A stretch of 64,000 nt of DNA, from NCBI GenBank assembly GCA_013416795.1, contig RQSC01000027.1, positions 124,001 to 188,000 of the forward strand. The letters run 5' to 3'. The notes under the pieces were generated by a model, which was not told the origin of the DNA, searched no databases, and saw only the letters and a program-made list of their open reading frames with translations. Positions 42,001 through 50,934 of the stretch are shown here, piece by piece. Position numbers and translations under genes: made by a program. Each line of letters begins with the position of its first letter. Positions within the stretch are counted from its first letter, which is position 1. Source of the stretch: Prasinococcaceae sp. CCMP 1430 (Eukaryota; Plantae; Prasinodermophyta).

Positions 42001-42827
42001 CGGGCGCTGATTACATCGACTACTTGGTCACCGACGCAGTCGCGTGCCCTCCAGAGTACGCGCATTACTACAGTGAGAAGCTAGTGTACGTGCCGAACTG
42101 CTACTTCGTCAACGACTACGCCCATCGTCACCGCGACCTGCTTGAGCCTTCCTGCGGTCATGGGTGGACGCGCGCGATGGCCGGGCTGCCCGAGGGAGCG
42201 GTGGTGTACTACTGCGCCAACCAGCTGTACAAGATCGATCCCGAGACTTTTGACACGTGGTGCAACATCTTGCGGAGGGTGCCGAACTCGGTGCTGTGGC
42301 TGCTGCGCTTCCCGCCCGCCGGTGAGATGCGGCTGCTCGCTCAGGCTGCCGCGCTTGGTGTTGACACCGAGCGCATCATCTTCACGGACGTGGCGGGCAA
42401 GGACGACCACATCCGACGCTCGAAACTCGCTGACGTGTTCCTAGACACGCCAGTGTACAACGCGCACACCACGGGCTGCGACGTGTTGTGGGCCGGTGTC
42501 CCCATTATCACTTACCCTGCAAAGAGGATGGCTTCGCGGGTTGCGGCGTCGCTGTGTTCGGCGGCGGGCTTCGGCGAAGAAATGGTGGTGTCCAGCATGA
42601 AGGAGTACGAAGAGCGCGCGGTGGAGCTTGGCAACTCGCCACAGCTGCTACGTGAGCTCCAGCAGCGGCTGAGCAAGGCCAGGCTAACGTGCGCGCTCTT
42701 TGACACCAAGCGATGGGTGCGCAACCTCGACAAGGCCCTCATGCACATGTGGGACATCTACGCGGATGGGGGAGAGCCCATGCCATTTGCTGTTGTCGAG
42801 GAGGACGAGGCCGCCGCCGCGCGGTAG
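39096..42827 (+). CDS. SEC: O-GlcNAc transferase, SEC/OGT type (GT41), intronless, with long Q/P-rich N-terminus
   Basis: TPR array, then [84 protein letters not shown] and MASRVAASL. These motifs are SEC/animal-OGT type rather than SPY type. Confidence 0.95.
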   Translation: [1243 protein letters not shown]

Positions 42828-43097
42828 TAGCTCAGAGGGGGCGTGCATGCGTGTACTGCGCTCGTATTGGCGGGGCGCGCTGCCATCGACACAACGCTAC
42901 GTCGCGCCCTGTGTTTGTCACGGGCGCGGCGGCACACAGTCAATAACTCTTTTTTTCACGAATTGGTTCACCGTGGTGGTGGTCAACTTGGTGGTAAGGC
43001 TTGGCGTCGTGCATGCGGTCTTTGCGTGCCATCCCCTGCGAACATCGGCGCGCACGCGTCCGCTTGTGGCCGCAGACCGTGTCGATAGCCGTCCGCG

Positions 43098-44813
43098 CTA
43101 CTGGTGTTGCGTCACTTCTCGGTCGCTTCTTGGATCCCCAGGCGTAACGAGCGCAACCAGTCGAGCATCGTCTGAGTCCAGCAGCGCTTTTTTCACCTCC
43201 GCGAAGTTGGAAACGACGTCAGCGAGCTCCTTGCGCTTGAGCTGGCCCACGTTGCCCCCCACGAACACGTGGTCGTGCCTGCTACCCTCTGGTGCCTCCG
43301 GGCCGCCCTCGCGAATGATGCGTTCAATTTTGGTATCGTTCGCAGTGACTCCCCATGAGTTCAGAAAGATGGCCCAAGCGCGAACGCTCGCTGCGACCTT
43401 GTCCTCTCCGTCGGGTGCGTACTCGAACGAGTCCAGGCTCTCGGCGCTGAGTGTAGCGAAGCTGCGCCCGTACGCGGACGCGAGCATGCTCTCCTTTCGC
43501 TCGATGTTGTAGAGCTCGGTGCGCATGCGCTCCACGAGAGCGCTCGGTTCGAGGTAAATCTTGACCTTCCTCTCACGCACCTCGTAGCGCTGTCTGAGGA
43601 AACGCTTGCCTTCGTCCTCTCCGGGGAGGAGTGTCCACGAATTGCAGCGAAGGTGCTCGCCGTCTTCGTCGACCATGTGGAACCGACCAGCCTCTTCGAC
43701 GAAGCAGTCTGTGGTGTCGTTACGGGGGGAAGGGGGGGGGGGGGGCGTCAGCGGCTCCAGCACGAACACAGCACGGCCCCCTTCAATTGGGGTGGCCGAA
43801 GTGCGCGCGCGTACTAGTGCACTGCCTTCGCACCGAAAGCGCAGGCGACGACGATTGACGCGAGGCACACTCACCGTGAATCTGGCACGACAGTCTCTCC
43901 AGCGGGTTGCGATACACGTTGACGACTCTGGTGTGGTTGGCGGCCCAGTCGTTGAAAAACGCCTGCGCCATTGCATGCGGCATCACTCGCTGGTCCTCGA
44001 CCGTGAACTTCGCGATGTAGTGCTTGCCGCGGTTGCGTGCCTATGCAGGGCGGCGTTTACACACGGCGTCGAGCACATTTAAGCGAGCATCAAGCACGGC
44101 GCCAGAGATGTCGCGAGCATGCACACGTCGCGCGCGGCGGTGTGTGGAATTCGGGCGGTGCGTGTGACGAACGCAAACGCAAAAAGGCGCGCACCGTGCG
44201 TCAGACGCGTACGCGCGTGCTGATTCTGCGACGCCGCGCCAGGGACTCGCAAGGCGCGCCGCGTTTCACGCACGGTGTTGACGTCGTCTGCTATGATTTT
44301 CCCCGGCGCCACCTGGCGGTCCCACGGCGCCTCCTTTGCATTCCACATGCCCTTGTGTGGTTGCAGTTTGCCGATGGTGCGCCAGCGCACTTCCTTGATA
44401 CGCTCGGAGAATCCGTCCTGAAACTTCACCCCGTGCGCCGTGAGCAGCGCGCGCGCCATCTGATCCACGTACGTCGATCCCGAGCAGTCCTCCATGAAAA
44501 GCAAGAGGCTGTCGTGCGGCTTCCAGGTGTCCCACCATGCCTTCTCTTCATTGCCGCCGCCCCCGGCGAGCCTGCGCGCCTTTGACACGCGGCTGCTGCG
44601 CGCCCAGATGCGCGAGAGCGCGTCGCCCAGAAAGCCAGCGTTGGCGCTCTGCACGGCAAATGCGCACGCGCACAGCGACGCCCACAGCGCCAGCCACAGC
44701 CTCAGTCCCGCCCACGGCTGTGCGGAAAACAGCCCGCATGGTGATCTAACGCCTCGGCGACGCCGACCCAGTCCGTGCGGCGCCCCCAGCGCTCGCGACG
44801 AGGCGAGGGCCAT
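43098..44813 (-). CDS. Type II membrane sulfotransferase-fold protein (Stf0/NodH-like), 3 exons
   Basis: Exons 44813-44274, 44040-43875 and 43708-43098 join in frame. Signal anchor, 5'-PSB-like LLFMEDCSGST, 3'-PB-like VNVYRNPLERLSC, and C-terminal LADVVSNFAEVKKAL. Confidence 0.6.
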
Positions 44814-45807
44814 CCTGCTGTGCGACGCGCGCGCCCCTTCAGCCGCTGCACGCCGTGCAACGACAATCCTGGCGAAGGCTACGGCAGTAACCTCACCAGC
44901 GGGCTGCGGTGCGCGCCCTCGCCTGCACAGGTGACGAATAGCGCACTACGGTAGCAGGCACCGGAAAACAGTCAACGCCCCCGAATTGCGCAGCAGCCAG
45001 CCACAAATGGCGCGCCGCGGCGCTCGCAGGCCCCCCTCCCCCCCTCCCTCTTCGTCGCGCGGCGTGGGCGGGGGGCGACAGGCGCTGGCGGCGGCGCACT
45101 TGGCGGCGCAGCCCTGCGGCGCTGCGGCGGCGGCCTGTCTGGCTCCCGCGCGCCGCCAACACCCCGTGCTGCTCGCACGGCGCGCGCGCGGTGTGGCGCA
45201 CCGCAAAAGTGAAAAGCGCGCGTGCTCAACCACGGACCATCGATCGCCGGTGCGGCCGAGAAGCAGGCCGCGCGCGCGCGCGCCCCCCCCTCCCCCCCTT
45301 CCCCCCCCCCCTCCGCGGCGTGCGGGGCGCGGCGCTCTGGCACGCATGCACCGCGCGCGCGCGCGCGCGCGGGGCGCTGCCGCGCCCGTGGCGACGCGCA
45401 AACTCCAATACAGTGACGACGTGCCGAAGTCGGATGTTGAGTACCGATGCTACCTGACCAGCCTCAGGATGGTAAGGTACCAGGTACCACACAGTACGTA
45501 CATTCGTTTGCCTGCGCGGAAGAAGGGCGTGTCGGACCTGCGAGGGCACTGGTACTGACTGGCGGGGTGCCCCAGCCAGTGCGTCAGCCAGTCAGTACGG
45601 CGTCCTGCCGGGCGAAGCACCGGGGTTGAGGTTGCGCAGTGTATTTGGGGATTTAGTGGAGGGTTTATCATTGATGCCCCGGCCGGCGGCCCCCGGGGCC
45701 GAGAACTGCAAGGCGTGGGCTCCTGCGAATGGGGATGGGGCGCCGGCGCAAGGGCTCTCGCGGCGGGGGCGGGCACATCTGTTAAAAGATAACGCAGGTG
45801 TCCTAAG

Positions 45808-46896
45808 ATGAGCTCAACGAGAACAGTCCGCGGCGTGAGGCGCTGCTGGGCGCGGCGACGGCGGCGGCGCTCGCGCTCGCCGGAGGTGCGTGACTCTGCG
45901 ATCGTGCGCTCGCGGGTGCGCGTGCCAAGCGTGCGTCGCTGACGGCGCGTTGCGCGCAGGGTCATCGGCGCCGCGTGCGGGCGCGTCTGCGGCGCGCTTT
46001 GGCGAGGATGACGAGGTGGCTGCCGCGCTGCGCGCTGCGTTCATCGCAGAGGTCGGTGGCAGCAAGGGCAAGTGGCCCGGCCAGCTGCGGCTAATCTTTC
46101 ATGACGCGGGTACGTACGATCGCGAGACGAAGACGGGTGGGCCCAATGGCAGCATCGCATTCGAGCTGGACCGACCTGAGAGCAAGGTGTGTTTTGTGCC
46201 GGCTGCTGTCAGCGCCCGAGCAGGCGCACGCACGTGGCGCTGACGTCCCATCGCGTCTCCTCCGCCTCCTCAGGGACTCAAACCTGCGGTGCGCCTGTGC
46301 CGAGCAGCGCGGGCGCGCGCTGCGGCCGAGCTCGGCGTACCGGAGGAAAGTATTTCCCTCGCCGACAGCGTGGTCGCTGGCGCGGCGGCGGCAGTGTCTG
46401 CTACCGGCGGGCCGTTCATCGGCGTGCGCTCCGGAAGGTACGAAGTGCGCAGCGCGCACTCCAGCGCCTTGCATGCGGTGCTGCTCGTGCTCTGACGCTA
46501 TCGCTCGGATTTGCTAGGCTTGACGCTACTGCGGCCGACCCTGCGGATCGCATGCCGCCTGAGACGCTCGAACTCTCAGCCCTGCGCGCCGACTTCGCTG
46601 AGCGTGGCTTCTCCGTGCGCGAGCTCGTGGCCCTCTCCGGGGCGCACACGCTTGGATCAAAGGGATTCGGCGACCCCACCACTTTCTCCAACGAGTACTA
46701 CACCTATCTGCTGCGCAAGCCATGGGAGAACAACGACATGGGCGCAATGATCGGCCTGCCAACGGACCGTGCGCTGGTGTCGGGCGAGGACACGCTGGCG
46801 GAAGTGCGACGGTACGCATCTGACGAGGCCGCTTTCTTCGCAGACTTCGCCGCGGCATTCAACCGGCTCGCTGAGGAGGGCGCTGTCAGGGCTTGA
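45808..46896 (+). CDS. APX6: Ascorbate peroxidase-related heme peroxidase (APX-R/APX6-like), multi-exon, first exon unresolved
   Basis: Exons about 45808-45886, 45960-46186, 46274-46437 and 46518-46896. Motifs [24 protein letters not shown]|LD...[31 protein letters not shown] and GLPTDRAL, plus a twin-arginine segment [20 protein letters not shown]. Confidence 0.88.
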
Positions 46897-47559
46897 TTGT
46901 GGCGGCCGTCGCCAAACGTCGCGCGTGTGCGCGTGCGCGGGTGCCTCATTGGACACCGAGCGACATGTGGCACTGCTGGATCACGAAAGGCCGCACGCGT
47001 TGGACCACCCTTCCCGCAGCTTGGCGACTTCCGAAGGCGAGGCCACGGACATCTGGCTGCGACGGCGTTGAGGCGTGAATGTGCACGGCGCGCGCAGCTG
47101 AATGTCAGAACGAATCGAATTCTCTCGCAGGTCGCTTGCACACGCCACGCCGCGCGCACGCGCAGCGGCGCAGCGTGCAGTGCGCAACGCACAGCTTCTC
47201 GTGCGTCTCGCAGGGACTGCATCGAGCACGCGCAGTCTCGGCAGCGCGCGTGAGAGATGACGCCGATCCGCCGCTCAGGAGAGGCAGAGCTCACAGCGCC
47301 AACTTTGGGTCCCTCTCGACAAGCCATGAGGATCGGCCATGAGGATCCAAGCCAGGCCTTCGCAAACGAGAGCATCGTTATTTTTTCCTTGTTGGCTGCG
47401 CGATGTTCGCTGTCATGGCGGATCTTGTCATGGCCACCGTCCGGGGCGGGGCAGGACGGGCGGGCAGGCGCGGGGGCACCCGCCAGCGCCACACGCGCGC
47501 CTCGCGCGCCTGCCCGACCGATCCCGCCCGACGTTGCTGATTGGCCGCCGCCGGTGACC

Positions 47560-50262
47560 ATGCCGCCCGCCGAGTCGGCGAGCCTCGAGGCGATCCGCTA
47601 CTCGCGCGGCGCGCTCGCGCTCCTCGACCAGCGACTGCTGCCGGCGGTCACCGAGTACGCGCAGGTCGCCGACGCCGGCGCGGGGCACGACGCCATCAAA
47701 GCGATGCTCGTCCGCGGCGCGCCCGCGATCGCCATCGCAGGCGCCCTCTCGCTCGCGGTCGAGCTCGTCGCGCACGGATGGGTGCGTGCTTTCGGCGCTC
47801 ATAGTACTGGCGGAGGTGATGGCCCGCGAACGCGATCTGACCCGCTCGGACGTCCCACCCGCACCACGCCTCGCTGCCCCCGCGGCGCGGCGCGCACATC
47901 CCCTCGTTTCGCGCGCAATCGCGCGCTCGAGCGCAGACGGACAAGGCCAACGCTTCTGGCTCCGAGGCAGCGGCGCACATCCGCGAGCGTCTTGCTCACC
48001 TCGTGGCCTCGCGCCCGACCGCAGTGAACATGCGCGAGGCGGCCGAGCGGCTCGGTGCGCTTGCCGATGGCGCGGCTGCCAGTGGCAAGAGTGCTGCCGC
48101 CGTCGCAGAGGCATACGTCTCTGCCGCAGAGGCGATGCTCGGCGAGGACGTGGCGTCCAACCGCGCGCTGGGCGCGCATGGCGCCGACGCGATGCTCCGT
48201 GCTGCGCTTGGCGACGCCCCCGCCGAGGGCGCGCAGATCGGCGTGATGACCATCTGCAACACCGGCAGCCTGGCGACGGCCGGTTACGGCACGGCACTTG
48301 GCTGCATCCGTGCGCTGCATGAGCGTGGCATGCTGAAGCGCGTGTACGCGTGCGAAACGCGACCGTACAACCAGGGCGGCCGCCTGACGGCGTACGAGAT
48401 CGTTGCCGACGGCCTGCCTGGCACGCTGATCGCCGACAGCGCGGCGGCCGCCATGATGGCCAGCGGCAAAGTGCAGGCCGTGGTCGTCGGCGCCGACAGA
48501 GTGGCTGCCAATGGCGACACGGCCAACAAGATCGGCACCTACGCGCTGGCGGTCGCCGCGCACCACCATGGTATCCCATTCTTCGTGGCAGCGCCGACGA
48601 CCACTCTCGATCCAACCACGCCAACCGGCGCCGACATCGTCATAGAGGAGCGCTCGGCGGACGAGCTGCTGCGCACGCGCGGCGGCGAGGCGCTCGCGCC
48701 TGAGGGCATCGATGTTTGGAATCCGGCGTTCGACGTGGCGCCCGCTGCCCTTATCGCTGGCATCGTCACTGAGCGCGGCGTCGCCGCGCGTGCGCCGGGC
48801 GCGGCCGCGATTGATGTCGCGGGCTTCGTCCGTGCTGACGCCAAAGCCGTCGGCGAGGTGGAGCACGCCGGCCCGCGCGGCCCCCCGGGCTTTCGCACGC
48901 TGGACGCCTCCTCCATGCTCGAGTACGTCGCGGGCATCCCCGAGGCCGTGGCGACGCTGGGTGGCAGCGCTGCCGACTGGGAGTGCCACGAGGTGGCTGA
49001 CTCGCAAGGGGACGAGGAGGCTGCTGCCGGAAACGTCAACTTCGTGTACTTCGTGACTGGCCCCGCAGGGAAGGTGGTCGTCAAGCAGGCGCTACCATAC
49101 GTTCGCTGCGTGGGCGAGAGCTGGCCGCTCTCGCCGCGCCGGGCCACTTTCGAGGCACGCGCCCTTGAGACGCACGGCGCCCTGTGCCCCGCACACGTGC
49201 CGCGCGTCTTCCTGCACGACGAGGTGCGAGCGCGTGCCGAGCGTATGCACTCGCCTAGTTGCTGCCCCTCGCAGTCGAAGCTGCCCGTGCGGTGTGCTGA
49301 CATTCTCGTGTGCGCATTCCCTGTTGCAGGTAATGGCTACTATCGTCATGGAGTACATCAAGCCACCGTGCACGATACTCCGTGGCCAGCTGGTCAAGGG
49401 CGCCACTTTCGATGGGTTGGCCGATCATTGCGCACAGTACCTCGCCACTACACTTTTTGGCACGTCACTGCTCGCGTTGACCACCGAGGAGCATAAGGCG
49501 AAGCTTGCCTTCTGGAGTGGCAACGTTGAGATGTGCCAGCTCACCGAGCAGGTGATCTTCACCGAGCCTTATGAGACCGCCGACAACAACAGGTGGACGC
49601 CCGGGCTGGACGACCTGGCGGCATCGCTTCGCGATGATGCAGAGCTCAAGGCCGCCGTCACGGCTTTCAAGGCAAAGTTCTGCTCGTCGACGGAGGCGCT
49701 GCTGCACGGCGACCTGCACACCGGCTCCATCATGGCGGAAGCCGGCAAGACGATGGTTATCGATCCGGAGTTCGCTTTTTACGGCCCCATGGGCTTTGAC
49801 ATCGGCGCGCTGCTCGCCAACCTGCTGCTCGCGTACTTTGCCTCCGACGGCCTGGCGGGCGACCGCGAGGCGCAGCGCGCATGGCTGCTAGACACCATCG
49901 CCGGCGTATGGACGGGCTTCAAGGGGCGCTTCGTCAGTCTGTGGACTGATGCGGTGAAGACCAAGGGGCGTGCGGGCGACCTCTGCCGCGCAGCCTTCGT
50001 GGAGCACGGCGCGCGCACGCTGGAGGCGCAACAGCACACATACATGCAGCGACTGCTTGCGGACTCGCTAGGCTTTGCAGGTTGCAAGATGATCCGCCGC
50101 ATCGTTGGAATCGCGCACGTCGCTGATATGGAGGAGATCGCCGACGATGGCGTGCGGGCCAAATGCGAGCGGCGCGCGGTCGGCCTGGCCCGCCGCATGG
50201 TCACGGGCGACTTCGGAAGCGTCGAGGCGCTCCTCGAGGAGGCCAAGGCCGCGCGAGCGTGA
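47560..50262 (+). CDS. MRI1-MTK1: Fused methylthioribose-1-phosphate isomerase + methylthioribose kinase (MtnA-MtnK), 3 exons, about 813 aa
   Basis: Exons 47560-47781, 47937-49223 and 49330-50262. MtnA motifs: [61 protein letters not shown]. MtnK motifs: [56 protein letters not shown]. The junction lies inside exon 2 with no stop. Confidence 0.93.
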
Positions 50263-50934
50263 GGAGATTGGCGAGGCGGTTGCCAGGGCTGCGCTTGCCT
50301 CGCGTCGCCGCATGTGTAGGACCCAACCCTCGAACTTGCCGCAGCCCGTTTCGAATGCGCGCGTCGTTCGAAACGGCACGCCGCGCACGCGCTTGCGTTT
50401 TGACGTCAAGCGAAGCTGCACAGCCCCAAACAAAACACCAGCACATCCTCTATCGAGTGCACGCTGCCACCCGCCGAATTCGATTCGATTCAATTCAATT
50501 CACAGCTCCCGGGCGGACGCCACGGACCATCACGCGACGTGGCTGTGCTCTGGGGCCGGGCCGCGCATTTCGCGCCGGCCTTGCGTTTTGGACGCCGCGC
50601 GACAGGCGGCCGGCGGCGGCGGCGAGGAGGGCACCCAGCATCCGAATCGCGCGCGCGCGCGCGGGGTGAGCATTTTCCGGCCGGCGGTTTCGTGTCTCGG
50701 TTCCGCGCTTTGGCTGCGACCGCGGTGGGGGGCCTCGCGCCCGCGCAGAGGCTAGGAGGGGGGGGAGGAGGGCAGGGGAGGGGCACACCGCGCGCGGTGC
50801 GCGCGGTGCGCGCGGTGCGGCAGCGGGAGGAACGCTGGCGCCGCGCCGCGCCGCGTTCGTAGGCGCCGCGGCCGCCTTGCAGCCGCTCCGCCGCTGGAGG
50901 GCCGCGCGGCGCGCCGGCGCTGGACGCGCGGGCG

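Noticed and set aside
48991-49006. A 16-nt GT...AG micro-intron explaining the MtnK loop insertion
   Set aside because: It is too short for normal splicing and its removal would break the reading frame.
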